This document shows positions 1-13,626 of a stretch of DNA of 64,000 bases, piece after piece. The notes below the pieces were generated by a model. The model was not told where the DNA came from. It saw only the letters and a program-made list of their open reading frames with translations, and ran no database searches. A program made the translations under genes and the position numbers. This DNA is from Octopus vulgaris (lineage: Eukaryota): the NCBI GenBank assembly GCA_951406725.2, contig OX597831.1, positions 44,578,001 through 44,642,000 of the forward strand, in the 5' to 3' direction. Within the stretch, counting starts at the first letter, position 1, and each line of letters begins with the position of its first letter.

Positions 1-647
1 AACTGATCAGATAGTGTTACATAGACACTTCTGATCCTTGAAAACCCGAATGATTTGATTTTGTGTATTAGAGCATGGAGAACAAGCATATAGCTATTTA
101 CATTGTGTCATGGAAAGTTGTAGAGAGCATGTTTTGAGAAATACGTGCAAGTACAATAAGAGATTGAAAACTGGTCAAGGGCAGATGAGTGTAAAACAAT
201 TTGACTAGGATGTGTAACAGGAAGCTTGTTGGCGGTGTATGGAGAGGTGAAACTACAATGGTTTGACTAGGATGTTAAACTGAAAACTGATTGAGTGTAA
301 ATGAATGTGTGAAAAAATCCCAGAATATGACAAGGATGTGTAATAGGGGACGTGGAAGGGTAAAACAGATATAATGTACGTAGGAGGGATATCTAATAGG
401 GAACTTGGTAAAACACACTAAGTGGTAAAATTAATCAATTAGAGGAGAATAATAGCATTTTTTCTGGCTTTTTATGCTCTGAGTTCAAATGCCACGGAGG
501 TCAACTTTGCTTTCCGTTTTTATCGGCCCAGAGTTGGGGTGAGGGGTCAATAAATTGAAGTACCAGTCAAATACTGGGGTCTGTATAATCAACTACTCAC
601 TCCCACCTAGAATTGCTGGCCTTATGCCAAAATTTGAAATTATTGTT

Positions 648-1108
648 ATTGAGTGAGAGAGCAGTGCATGCCATTGAAGTGATACTCAGGTAAAATATAC
701 AAGGCCCAATATACCCATCGTGACTTCCCATCTGATAAGGGTACACCAGGCCCATGCATCTCAACCATATTTGCGTGACATAGTGATCTCATGTCAAGAT
801 AAACAGTGCATGACCTTGCAGGTAGGGCCTAGTTAGAATTTTCTTTGGGTTGAATAGCCCATCCCGCTCAAAAGGTCCTTGAATAAGGGTTGTTTAAGGA
901 TGTTGAATGAAACACCCATGTTTCCAGAGGTGAATTATCCAAACGCCAAAGAATTTTTCTCAACACATGGCTATGATGTTTTCCCACTACTTCTGATTGT
1001 GATCAGAAGTACACATATTGTCAGCCATTAAGGGACATGCTCAACTGGTTGAGGTCAAGCAACAGACAGCAAATCTGTGGTATTGAGCAGAATACTTGAT
1101 GTGGCCCT
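648..1108. mobile_element. Interspersed repeat; inverted copy at ~21130-21800 is split by a TTAA-type insertion (~21230-21443)
   Basis: Extended reverse-complement identity (e.g. aagggacatgctcaactggtt / aaccagttgagcatgtccctt). Confidence 0.8.
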
Positions 1109-1613
1109 ATTATCGTTATGATGATGATGATGATGATGCCGAAGTTGACTTGACCTTTCATCATTTCGAAGTCAATAAAATAAGTATCAGATGAGCATTG
1201 GGGTCAATGTAATCAATTTTGCCCTGAAATTGCTGAAATTGCCCTGAATGTGCCAAAATTTGAAACCATTATTATTATGATGATGTCGATGTTGATTATG
1301 GTGACAATGGTGATGATGTCGATGATGATTATGGTGACAATGGTGATGATGTCAATGATTATGGTGACAATGATGATGATGATGATTACGGTGGTGGTGA
1401 CAAAGATGATGGTGAAAGCAATACTGGCTGTAACAATGATGGTGCCGTGGTTATTTAGTCACAGTTCAGAGCAGGAAATGCACCATCCTTGACCTTTTTA
1501 AAGGTCAAGGACGGTACATTTCCTGTTCTTACTAAGACATTAAGAAAAAAGAAAAAATCCCAAATCACCTCAGACATTTAATTATTCTTTCTTTCTTTCT
1601 TTCCTTCTTGTAG

Positions 1614-1676
1614 TGTAAAGAATCAGTAAGAAAGTGTCACTCACACAACTCGACCTTATACAACCGGACTTTAAAT
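1614..1676 (+). CDS. PSTPIP-like F-BAR gene, internal coding exon (CKESVRKCHSHNSTLYNRTLN); upstream exons lie outside the window
   Basis: Polypyrimidine tract + tag acceptor (1612-1613), gtaagt donor (1677), 63 nt, phase 0/0, open; position matches the [21 protein letters not shown] segment of PSTPIP1 as recalled. Confidence 0.8.
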
Positions 1677-1974
1677 GTAAGTATTTTGTTTATATACTTA
1701 TAAACACACATGTATATGTGTATGTGTGCATGTTGATAGGACGTGGGTGCCAAAAGCTCCTAGCTTTGGGCAAAAGAAAATACAGGAGGATCAGTTAATA
1801 ATGATTTTATTCAACATATTCCACTCTCAGATTCACACACTTATTGCAGTAGTTCTTCAGTTTTTCTAAGCCCTATAAAAGAACTCAGAAGGTTGGGCTT
1901 CAAACCAGGCCTTTTGCAATACCCTTAAAGCCAGTAACTTTCCAGCACCTATGTCGTATTTATATATATATATA

Positions 1975-2315
1975 CATATATATAAATAAGAGGAGTAGCC
2001 ACCAAGGTGGATTCCTGCTATACTAGAAGAAGACGCCAAATTGCCTTACCACAAAGAATATGTTCTCAAAAACTTTAGCAAAAGCCAGAATGTATGAGAG
2101 CAAGACAGAATAGAGCAATTAACTCCATATGAGAACATATTCTTTGTGGTAAGGCAATCTGGTATCTTCTAGCATATTATGAATCCACCTTGGTGGCTAT
2201 TCCTCTTATTTATATATGTAATATAATTCATAAGACTCAGATATTTTTTTAAGTATGCTAGCCACTGGTTTAAATTAATATTAATTAATGATATTAATTT
2301 CTACCCTCATTATTT

Positions 2316-2325
<10 letters not shown>
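1975..2325. repeat. Fold-back element in (TA)n: ~90-bp inverted arms plus ~100-bp tail
   Basis: aaataagaggagtagccaccaaggtggattc...ttgccttaccacaaagaatatgttctc (~1984-2067) inverted at ~2130-2218. Confidence 0.8.
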
Positions 2326-2352
<27 letters not shown>

Positions 2353-3930
2353 TGAAAAAAAGACCAATAGAGTAAGTACCAAGCTTAAAAAAATTACTAC
2401 TGGCGGTCAACTCATTCAAGTAAAATACTTCAAAGCGGTGCCCCAGCATGGCTGCAGTCTAATGACTGAAACAAGAAAAGAATTAAAAAGATAGGTTAAA
2501 ATATTTGAGGGGTAAGGCCTTTGTGCCCAGTGGGGCATAAGCCATTGATGATTTTTCTCCACTGATTTTTCACCAGGCTGTCTTTTCTGTTTTGCTCCAC
2601 TTGGTTCCCAACTTTTAACCTGCCGTTTTCTTTCAGATCCTGCTGCACATATGTTTCCCTAAAAGAAGGCCTTCCTCTCCCAGGTCTTGTTGGTTTTGAA
2701 TTGTCATTGATGCTTCTATAACTTTACCCTTTCTCTAGGCAGGAGTGTTAGCTCTATGCAAACCCATTGTTACCTCTGTCATCTATCCTTTGATCTGTCC
2801 AGCATGAGAGACTGGTCCCGGAACCTGTGCTCCACTGGCATAGCTTTCAGGCTTAGTTTGTCACCATCATCATCATCATCATTTAGCCTCTGCATGAGCT
2901 TGACTGACACTGATAAGCTGGAGGCCTACACCTGGTGCTAATCTGATTTGTCATGGTTTCTACAGCTGGATGCCCTTCCTAATACCAACCACTCCAAGAG
3001 TATAATGAGTGCTTTTTACATACCACTGGCAGGGTGCCAGTTATGTGACACCGGCATCAGCCACGACTACAATTTCACTTGATTGGACATATCACCAAAG
3101 GGCTTGGTCACTTATCATTGCCTCTGTGAGGCCCAGTGTTCGAAGGGTGCATTTTATGTGTCGCCACCATTGGTGCCAGTTGCACGACACCAGTATCTTC
3201 CATGACAACGCTTTCACTTGGTTTCACAGGTCTTCTCAAGCACGGTATATCGCCAAAGGTCTTGGTCATTTGTCATTGCCTCTGCAAGACCCAATGTTTG
3301 AAGTTCATGCTTCACCACCTCATCCTATGTCTTCTTGAGTGCACCCCATCCCCAGGTTGCCTCCACATTCGGAGATCGGCATGTCTTTACACAGCTCTCC
3401 TCATACATATGCATTACATAACCATACCAATACAGTTGTCTCTCTTGCACACTGCATCTCATGCCTCTTATACCCAACTTTTCTCTCACAACACTTACAC
3501 TCTGTCATACATGCTCACTGATGTTTCTTGTCATGCAAAGCATACTAGCTTCATTGTAAATAAACACAACATGAATTTCCAATAAAAACAAATTTCTTGT
3601 CATATTTTTATCAAGTAACATTGTGCTATTCATAATCTGCCATGCCCTACCACTTTATAAGACAGTTGTTTTTTTTTCTCAAAGTTCACATGATGTGTGT
3701 CTATATTAGTTTAGAAAACACTTTACTACCTTTCCAGCAATACAATCCAACAACCTACATAAGACTGAAGACTAAAGCTAAAACATGAGTGAATGTTTCT
3801 GGGTCAGTCCCACAGAAGGAATGAATAATATCCTTTGTTTGCATAAATTTTATAGTTAGCTGTTTACTTACGTTAGCTTTTACTTCTTGTTTATTCATAA
3901 TATATGTGTGTGTCTATCTATCTATCTATC

Positions 3931-4006
<76 letters not shown>

Positions 4007-4040
4007 CACACATACATACATATGGGTGTGTGTATATATA

Positions 4041-4592
4041 TCTCTTATATAAAATCCGTTCTGTCTGTGTGTCTTCTCAGATCTCGGGCATCCTCCATCA
4101 GATTGTGCTCAAATTTGATATGTAGATACTGACGGTATCAGGGCGTGTATAAGTCTTGAAAAAATTACAAAAATCGATTCCCGGTGAGAATGCGATCGAT
4201 AAAGCCATTTTTGTCCTGCTTTTCTTCCATCAACCTGTACATAACTGCACCTTCCATTTTCTGTTGTTTTTGTACTGCTTAAAGGCACGTTTCTTTCCTG
4301 CCGAGCTTACTGTTTAAACCATGTTTGTGTTCTCCCAGTCAACAGCCTTATCATTACTGGTAATTTAAACTCTTCGGTTGCATATTTGTGTGAATAAAAT
4401 CATTTTTCTTTGGAATAGAAAAAAAGTCTATCTTTATTTCTTCTTTTGCTGGTGTCTCAAATTTAGGTTAAATCAGGGTTTCTCAAAGGGGAAGCCTATG
4501 GGACGGTCGGACAAGTTGTTTTGAGAAAATTTGGTTTAAATGTTTGACAACTCAGCACTGTCAATTGGACGGGTGGGGGGGGCCTTTTGCTC

Positions 4593-4594
<2 letters not shown>
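4041..4594 (+). mobile_element. Possible non-autonomous Helitron-like element
   Basis: 5' TC + ttatataaaa...ctgtctgtgtgt, GC-rich 3' end finishing gctcgt, no TSD, sits in AT runs. Confidence 0.45.
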
Positions 4595-4630
<36 letters not shown>

Positions 4631-5482
4631 TTTATTTAAAATATATTTTTTCTGCTGCTTTAAATAAAGCATATTACTCTACCACTGGTATTTGAGTACT
4701 CTTTTTTTCCACCTTGTTTCACATTTATGTGTTTACTCCGGTATATATATATATATTAATTCCGAAACGTACGTCCGTAGGTCACAATATAGAATGATTA
4801 TCGTAATTTCTTTCTCTTTTGCCTGCGTTGTTTGCCTTTTAAGTGCTGTGGTTTTACTGGGATCTCCCTTTTAAGTAGAAAGAATAGCCAAAACTCTTTG
4901 ACTGCTATTTCTAAATTCGGTGTGTGGTGAGGCAAATCGTTGCTAAACCCTTAATTACTTAGTATATATATAGTATATATATATATATATATATACATGC
5001 ACACACACACATAAATGTAATTTTGGGGGCTAATAGGTATATGTCAGTGAGTCTGTTAAGTAAAGCACATTCAAAGTTTGGGCTACCTGGTGTCATCTAT
5101 GGTCAAGGTATATTTCCTCTGGATCTACGTCAGGAATTTCGAAGTGTTAGTTGCGATAATAATTGAGGAAGGAAACGGAAGATAGATTTAGCACTAGTCT
5201 TTCATTCAGTACAATGATCGTTTCACCCCCTTCCCGCAACTTTCTGTTATACGTAGGATATTGTGTATCTAATTGTGCTGCATCAGTTTGTGCATAGATT
5301 GATGCAGCACAATTACATGCACATGTGCATCCATCAGCATTTTATTTATCTTATTCAGTTTTAGGAAAATCAAATCATGCCTTTCACAATTCTGGAGCAT
5401 ATTGAGCTTATTTTGCGTGTGACTTTTGGACCACTCTGTATGCATATTTATATATATATATATATATATATACATATTTACG

Positions 5483-5513
<31 letters not shown>

Positions 5514-5522
5514 TTACGTATA

Positions 5523-5581
<59 letters not shown>

Positions 5582-5582
5582 T

Positions 5583-5625
<43 letters not shown>

Positions 5626-5629
5626 TTAC

Positions 5630-5667
<38 letters not shown>

Positions 5668-5671
5668 TTAC

Positions 5672-5714
<43 letters not shown>

Positions 5715-6330
5715 TATATGGGTACAGGACATGACCAACAGTAAACAACATGAAATACGAAAAAAATGAGTTAACCCTTTCGTATTCAGATTATTTTGTC
5801 AAATGTAATGATTTTTCATTGACATTGTTTATAATTAATCATACTTTATTTTGTAGCTATAAAGTTTTGATGATGAGATTGTATATTTCTAGAATGGCAT
5901 TGAAGGGTAGGTGTGATAGGTTGGATCTGACTAGTTAGAACATAAAGCAGGTAGAATATTTGGGCCGGATATGGCCTGTTTAAATACTAAAGGGTTAAAT
6001 ACGCAAATAACAAGAGAAAAAATGGAAAACAAGACAAGTAATACAAAGAATACAAAGAACGACCCTTCATCAGTTGTCAGCTGTCTATCTACTCCCCATT
6101 TCGAGCGATATGAGTCAACGACAATATGAGACTTCGAAGACAGTTGCTCCCATAAATACCAAAATAAAATTTGGGATTTATGGAGGGTCAAAGTTAGGAA
6201 TGAAAACTGGACAGTGGAGACATACAGGGAAACCGAATGAAACCAAATATGGAGGGTTGTTAGACCTAAATGAGGGAAAAATAGTGAACACTGAGAGAAA
6301 TATTTTCTTTGAAAAGAGAAAGGATAGAAG
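5715..6330 (-). mobile_element. (TA)n-anchored element of the TGGGTACAGGAC-end family, with a piggyBac-type MITE inserted
   Basis: Begins atatgggtacaggac right after (TA)n; homologous to 43530-43900 and, inverted, to 55040-55330. Confidence 0.7.
5775..5994. mobile_element. Second piggyBac-type MITE family; other copies at ~15568-16135 (split by a SINE), ~58032-58262 (inverted) and 63780-63998
   Basis: TTAA-CCCTTT...AAAGGG-TTAA; shared body ttcagattattttgtcaaat...tttgaacataaaac...gccggatatggcc. Confidence 0.85.
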
Positions 6331-7024
6331 AGAGAGATAGGAGACAAGGGGTGCCAAAAAGTTCCTGGCTTTAAGGGTATCACGAAAGGCCTGATTGGAG
6401 GCCCAAACTTTTGGGTTCTTTTACAGAGCTTAGAAAAACTAAATGACTATTGCAATAAGTGTATGAATATGTTGAATAAAATCATAATTAACACATCCCC
6501 CTGTATTTTCTTTTACTCAAATCCACGACCCAGGAAGTTTACAGCTCCACCTCGTGTGTGTGTGTGTGTGTATATGTATGCAGTGACAAATGCTAATGAA
6601 CACAAATCATACAGATAAGAAGTGTGTGTGGTTGTGTACACACATACATATAATTTGTCTCGGCAAATTTTTGCAGTGATGTCCGTTAATGTTTCACAGA
6701 GATGGCATGTAAACACCAGTAGAATAAATAATTATTTCAATTAAAAACGAAGAACACTTAACATCAAGATAAACAGTCAGCCATAGGAATGTTGCTTTAG
6801 ACAGTCATGTCTAACCTATGCAAACATGGAAACAGATGTGAAAATGATGTTGACAAGGATGACAAATGTATATATGTGTGTGTACATATACATATATACG
6901 TGTGTATACATGCAGATACGTGTATGTAACAGGTTTGTGTGTGTATGTATATATATATATATATGTATCAAAACTTTGTGAGTGGATTTGGTAGATGGAA
7001 ACTGAAAGAAGCCCATTATATATA

Positions 7025-7252
7025 GGGTGGCGAGCTGGCAGAAACGTTAGCATGCCGGGTGAAATGCGTAGCCGTATTTCGTCTGCTGTTACGTTCTGAG
7101 TTCAAATTCCGCCGAGGTCAACTTTGCCTTTCATCCTTTTGGGGTCGATAAATTAAGTACCAGTTACGCACTGGGGTCGATGTAATCGACTTAATCCGTT
7201 TGTCTGTTCTTGTTTGTCCCCTCTGTGTTTAGCCCTTTGTGGGTAGTAAAGA
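7025..7252 (+). mobile_element. tRNA-derived SINE family B. Others e.g. 13922-14145-, 20765-20990-, 24036-24250-, 25531-25730+, 28162-28360+, 41238-41468-
   Basis: ggcgagctggcagaaacgttagc...gagttcaaattcc B-box; central gcctttcatcctttcggggtcgataaa. Confidence 0.88.
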
Positions 7253-8099
7253 AATATGTATGTGTTTGTGTTTGTCCCCCACTACCATCACTTGACAACC
7301 GATGTTGGTGTGTTTACATCCCCGTAACCTTGCGGTTCAGCAAAAGCGACGATAGAATAAGTACTAGGTTTACAAAGAATAAGTCCTGGGGTCAATTTGT
7401 TTGACTAAACGTGGTGCTCCAGCATGGCCGCAGTCAAATGATTTAAATAAATAAAAGAATATCTATGTGTGTGTGTGTTTGTATACATACATATATATAT
7501 ATACATGCAAATATGTGTATGTAACATGTTTGTGTATGTGTGTGTATATATATGCTAGCGTGAAAAACAGACATTAAAGGGTGATGATATGTATACTCTT
7601 TTACTTGTTTCAGTCATTTGACTACGGCCATGCTGGAGTACCACCTTTAGTCAAGCAATTCGACCCCAGGACTTATTCTTTGGAAGCCTAGTACTTATTC
7701 TATTAGTTTCTTTTGCCGAACCACTAAGTTACGGGGACGTAAACACACCAGCATCGGTTGTCAAGTGATGTTGTGGGGATAAACACAGACACAAGCAGTT
7801 ACCCAGATAATACTGAGTACGTGAAAAATAACATTCGAGCAAGTTCGTTGCCAGTGCCGCTGGACTGGCTCCTGTGCAGGTGACATGTAAAAACACCATT
7901 TGAGAATGGCTGTTGCCAGTACCGCCTGACTGGCACGTAAAAGCACCCACAACACTCTTGGAGTGGTTGGCATTAGAAAGGACATCAGCTGTAGAAACTC
8001 TGCCAGATCAGATTGGAGCCTTGCTCACCAGTCCCCAGTCCCCAGTCAAACCATCCAACCCATACCCGCATGGAAAGCAGACGTTAAATGATGATGATG

Positions 8100-8135
<36 letters not shown>

Positions 8136-8958
8136 ATGTATGTATGTATATATATATATATATACTTACATATCTTTTATGTTTTACGTTTCTATCATCA
8201 GACTGTGGCCAGGCTGCAGCACTGCCTCCAGATTTTTTTTTAGTCAGATGAATCAACTTATGTACTTCTTTTTTAAGCCCAGTACTTGCTTAACCACTAA
8301 TTTTATGGGGATGCAAACAAACCATCATCAATTGTCACGTAGTGGTGGGAGAACAAGCACAGACACAAAGACGCACAAATGTAGATTACATATACAACAG
8401 ACTTTTTTCAGTTTCCATTCTACCAAATCCATTCACAAGGCTTTGGTTAGACTAAGGCTAGAGAAATAGACATTTCTTACCAATCACATGGTTCCAGGTT
8501 CAGTCCTACTGCATGGCACCTTGGGCAAGTGTCTTCTACTATAGCCTCTGGCCAACCAAAGCCTTGTGAGTAGATTTGGTAGACGGAAACTGAAAGAAGC
8601 CCATCATATATAAATATGTATATGTTTGTGTGTCTGTGTTTGTCCCTTCACCATCGCTTGACAACCGATGTTGGTGTGTTTACATTCCCATAAGTTAGTG
8701 TTTTGGCTAAAGAGACCGTTAGAATAAGTACTGGGCTTACAAAGAATAAGTCCTGGGGGTTGATTTGTATGACTAAAGTCAGTGCTCCAGCATGGCCGCA
8801 GTAAAATGACTGAAACAAATAAAAGAAAAAATATATGTGTATATTTATGCATGCAACATATATTTATAGGCAAACAATTATTATGTCCATTCTTGCTTTC
8901 ATGAATTCTGTATTTTCTGTCCATAAGCAAAGTATTTTAATTTTTTTTTTTTTGTCAG

Positions 8959-9060
8959 GCTGAAAAAGTATATAAACAGAAATTCCTTGAAAATATTCAG
9001 TGTAAAAAGCAGTATGAGTCTACAAAATCTTTTGCAGTTTCTACTAAAGATACAGAAAAG
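8959..9060 (+). CDS. PSTPIP-like exon (AEKVYKQKFLENIQCKKQYESTKSFAVSTKDTEK)
   Basis: (t)13gtcag acceptor, aag|gtaagt donor, 102 nt, phase 0/0; resembles SKKTYEQKC...KQVEK of PSTPIP1. Confidence 0.88.
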
Positions 9061-9940
9061 GTAAGTAAAGTTTCATCTGTGCTTTGTAGATGAGAGAGTA
9101 TTAAACATTTTAGTGTTGCCTTTTTGGTGTTACTGATTCAATGCTAACTTATTTGACATCAGGCATTTTAATGTTCTCTCTCTCTCTTTCTCTGTTTATG
9201 TATGTGTGCATACTTCGCTTTATGTATCTGAGGAGAAGGAAAATGTTTATGTCAATCATGTTCAATCAATAAATTGTAATCTCTATCTCCTCTCCCCACT
9301 TTTTTTCACGTGCCACTGGCACAGGTGCCAGTGAAGCGACATTGATAACGATCACGCTCGAATGGTGCCCTTGTACGTGCCACGGGTACGGAAGCCAGTT
9401 GGTTGCTCTGGCAATGATCACACTCGGATGGTGGGGTACGGAAGCCAGTTGGCTGCTCTGGCAACAATCATGCTTGGATGGTGCTCTTGGCACCCTACTA
9501 GCACAGGCATGAGTGCCAGTAAGGCGAAGTGGTATCGAAATATTTTATTTTCAGGTATTCTACTTTAATATGTTGATTAAATGTTTTCACTGATGATGCT
9601 GAATAGAGTCTTACTGCATGTCACCTTGGACAAGTGTCTTCTACTATAGTCTCGGACCAACCACAGCCTTGTGAGTGGATTTGGTAGATGGAAACTGAAA
9701 GAAACCCGTCATTTATGCATATATTTATGTGTGTATGTTTGTGTCTATGTTTGCCCCACCACCCCTCGTTTGACAATCAATACATCCCCTTAACTTAGTG
9801 GTTTGGCAGAAGAGACCAATAGAATAAGTACCAGACTTACAAAGAATAAGTTCATGGGTCGATTTCTTCAACTAAAAGGTGATGCTGTAGCATGGCCACA
9901 GTCAAATGACTGAAACAAGTAAAACAATATCTCTTTACTC

Positions 9941-10365
9941 TTTACTCTTTTACTTGTTTCAGTCATTTGACTGAAGCCATGCTGGAGCATCGCCTTTAGT
10001 CAAGCAAATCAACCCCAGGACTTATTCTTTGTAAGCCTAGTATTTATGCTATCGGTCTCTTTTGCTGAACCACTGAGTTATGGGGGACGTAAACATACCA
10101 GCATTGGTTGTCAAGTGATGTTGGGGGGACAAACACAAACACAGACACACAAACAAACACACACACACACACACACACACATACATATATATGCATATAT
10201 ACGATGGGCTTCTTTCAGTTTCCGTCTACCAAATCCACTCACAAAGCTTTGGTCGGCCCGAGGCCATTGTAGAAGACACTTGCCCAAGGTGTCATACAGT
10301 GGGACTGAACCCAGAACCATGTGGTTCGCAAGCAAGCTACTTACCTTACAGCCCCTCCTATGCCT
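9941..10365 (-). mobile_element. tRNA-derived CORE-type SINE family A (dominant, >25 copies). Others e.g. 8470-8830+, 9620-9926+, 11968-12372+, 12893-13862+, 17228-17651-, 18511-18840+, 18935-19358-, 33358-33798+, 38635-39017-, 44168-44546-, 45550-46191-, 53830-54137+
   Basis: A/B-box head ggctgtgtggtaag...ggttcagtccc, CORE-like caccttgggcaagtg, internal (TA)n/(CA)n, tail gactgaaacaagtaaaagagt. Confidence 0.9.
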
Positions 10366-10491
10366 GTGTATTGAATGTGTTTATCCAGGAAAGAAATGTT
10401 TTCATTGTATGATTGATGTAGATCCTGAATTGAGCTGAGTAATCATGTAAATATTTACAAACCCATCCAACACACCATTCTCTCTTTGCAG

Positions 10492-10537
10492 TTATTCAAC
10501 AAACACATCAAAGCTGTTCAGGGTAAAGAAAATGCTG
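10492..10537 (+). CDS. PSTPIP-like exon (LFNKHIKAVQGKENA)
   Basis: tctctttgcag acceptor, g|gtgagt donor, 46 nt, phase 0/1, frame-compatible with both neighbours. Confidence 0.85.
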
Positions 10538-12627
10538 GTGAGTGGAAGTTCAAGTGAATTATTTTATTCTCATTGTAAGACATTATGGAGTGGTAAGTCC
10601 TTGTGTGTGAGAGAGAGAGCAGGGAGAGGGAGTGTGTGTGTGTGCAAATGGACACAGTATGGCCAAATGGTTAACAAGTCTGCTTTGCAATCATGAGGTC
10701 TTGTGTTTGATCCCACTGTATTGCATTTTGGGTAAGTGGATTTGTTTTTTGGTTTTTTGGGGGGTTTTTTTTCTGCTTTTTAACCAAGTGGTTCCAGGTT
10801 CATTCCCACTGTGTTGCACCTTGGGGAAGCGTCTTCTGTTATAACTTCAGGTTCCCCACTTCTTCACATGTTTCTGTTTCTCTCTCTCCCTCTCCCCACC
10901 CACATTCCTCTTTCACTGTTTTCACTTAAATCACTTTACCCTTCTTTACCTAGCTGTCACCCTTCATGAAAGTCACCTATCCCCATACCAATGCAGTCTT
11001 CTCTTTTGCATGTTACAGCTGATTCGTTGCCATTAATTAACATTGGTTTCCTTCAATTAAACCCTAGGGTGTATATTTTCCAGAGGATGTTTAAACATTA
11101 CTTTTTCCTTACATTTATGTTACATTAGTAAATTAAATTAAATATTTTCAACCAAATATTGAAACTGTGTCACTCATAGCTTCCTGGGATTTTTACTTCT
11201 TGTTTCATGGCCCTACCCTCTAATTGTATTTCTTTCTCTTGGCCAAGTACATTTTACAAACCAGGAATATATTTTTATTGAATCAACCTTACTGTACTAT
11301 TAGTTTGACTGCCATTGTCAATGGTGACCAAGGACATCACATGAAAGAAGACAGGACTTTGTATGTCCAGCTGCGGCCAATCAGTCCAATGTATACACAG
11401 AAGGTTCTACTGTAGATCGGGCACTGGTGTTCTGTTAGGACTGAAGGCAAGGAATTGGCTCTGGATTTGTATAGTTTGTGTTTTCATAGTGCCCCTGCAA
11501 TTCTCTTTTGTTCAAAATCAAAATCAAATCAAATCAAATGCAAATTGTAGTTGTGGCCGATGCCAGTGCCACCTGACTGGCTCCCCATGCCGGTGGTACA
11601 TAAAAAGCACCATCCGAACATGGTAGATGCTGTGTAGTTAAGAAGCACTATTAGTAATTACAAAATTTCAGGTTCAGTCCCACTGCAAGGTACCCTAAGC
11701 AAGTACCTTCTACAAGAAACTGTGGAAACCCATCATGTGTGTGTGTTTATGTCTGTTTATCCAACAAGTGCTTGACAATCAGCTTTGGTTTCTTTACATT
11801 CCCCATAACTTAGCAGTTCATCAAAGAAGACCAATAGAATTACTACCGGACTTGCAGAATAAATATTGGGGTCAATTTGATCAACTAAAACCCTTCAAGA
11901 TGGCACCCTGGTATTTTGACAGTCCAACGACTGAAACAAATAAAAGATTTTTTAAAATTATACTACTTGGCTGTGTGGTAAGACACTTGCTTCCCAACCA
12001 CATGATTCCAGTTTCAATCCCACTGCATGGCACCTTGGGCAAGTGTCTTCTTCTGTAGCTTCAGGCTGACCAAAAGCCTTGTGAGTGGATTTGGCAGACG
12101 GAAACTGAAACAAACCCATCATATATGTATGTACATGTATCTACGTGTGTGTGTCTTTGTGTCAGTTTGTCCCCACTTCACCGTTTAACAACCAGTGTTG
12201 GTGTGTTTATATCCCCCCATAACTTAGGCAGTCCAGCAAAAGAGACTGATAGAATAAGTACCAGGCTAAAAAAAAATCATTTTAAGTCCTGGGGTCGATT
12301 TGTTCAACTAAAACCCCTTCAAGGCAGTGCTCCAGTATGGCCACAGTCAAATGACTAATACAAGTAAAGAAAGTAAAAAAAACAGATCTGCACTTTGCCA
12401 TTTCTGATAAAACACTCCTCTACTACATGTTTATCTTTTACATATCTTTTAACTCTGCTTGTTCTCAGAGTAGACATCAATTCCATTATTGTCTGGGACT
12501 ATTAGTTCTTTATTTATTTATTTACTTTATTTTCTCCTGACTGGATTGTTTAGGCTATAAATTCCACTTATGAACAAGAGTTAAGTGTCTGACTTCATGT
12601 CTTCAACTGTGGCACCATTTATTTCAG

Positions 12628-12707
12628 ATGCTCTCTACAAAAACCTCGTTGATCAGCTGGAGGAGAGCCATAAAGCTTTTGAATGGGAGATACACCAAGC
12701 CCTTATT
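12628..12707 (+). CDS. PSTPIP-like exon (DALYKNLVDQLEESHKAFEWEIHQALI)
   Basis: tttcag acceptor, gtaagt donor, 80 nt, phase 1/0; helical F-BAR pattern Y...V.QLE. Confidence 0.88.
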
Positions 12708-13059
12708 GTAAGTACAACTTAGCTTTTTTTATAGAAAAGTGATTTTTTAATATGTTGTTATTATTATTATCTATGCTGATGATAATGATGATAAAAAAAA
12801 CACATACTTCTAACTTGTATATATAAGGCGGTGAACTAGCAAAATCATTAGCACACCAGGCAAAATGCTTAGCGACATTTCATCCATCTTTTGGAGTGGC
12901 TGTATGGTAAGTAGCTTGCTTACCAACCACATGATTCCAGGTTCAGTCTCACTGTGTGGCACCTTGAGCAAGTGTTTTCTACTATAACCTCGGGCCGACC
13001 AAAGCCCTGTGAGTGAATTTGGTAGACGGAAACTTAAAGCAACCTGTCGTATATATGTA

Positions 13060-13626
13060 TTGGGTTGTCCAGAAAGTTCGTGCCGATTTTTAAAGGAAAG
13101 AAAAAGGTCAACAAATACTTGCCATTACAATTTTAATCAACCAAATATGAACCATTTTGTTGCACAATGTGTCTCCATCTTTCCTTTAACTTGAAAGTAC
13201 CCTCTTCCCAGAAATGAGACGGTTTCATGGCAAAGAATTCATCAAGGTATCTTTTAACATCATCCAAGGAATGGAAATTTTTACCATTAAGACTATTCTG
13301 CAGAGACTTGAATAAGTGGAAATCTGAAGGAGCAACATCTGGTGAATATGGAGGGTGGGGTAACACATCCCAGCCGAGCTGCAGCAATTTTTGTCTGGTT
13401 CCCAAAGCATCAAGTGCTGAAAATGAACTTTCTTATCTTCCATTTTAAAGGGTTACAAAATTAACACAGGTTATAGGAACATAAACATTCTTCCAGGAAA
13501 AGATAGCTTAAACTGTACTCTAAATGGAAGTGTAGTCAAATCCTATTTTATGGACTCAACTCATGTTCTAAAATAAGTCAAAATGTAAGCTACTTTAAAT
13601 TGGCACAAACTTTCCAGACAACCCAA
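13060..13626 (-). mobile_element. Internally deleted mariner transposon nested in the TA run of a SINE
   Basis: TIRs ttgggttgtccagaaagtt / aactttccagacaacccaa with TA on both sides; transposase remnant HPPYSPDVAPSDFHLF (13133-13405). Confidence 0.92.

Noticed and set aside
130-420. Degenerate ~60-bp repeats (tgactaggatgtgtaa...)
   Set aside because: Looks like a decayed minisatellite; no ORF or structure to support function
1250-1492. Met-rich 80-aa ORF, and poly-M/poly-I ORFs at 16069-16404
   Set aside because: Products of GAT/ATT trinucleotide repeats within introns
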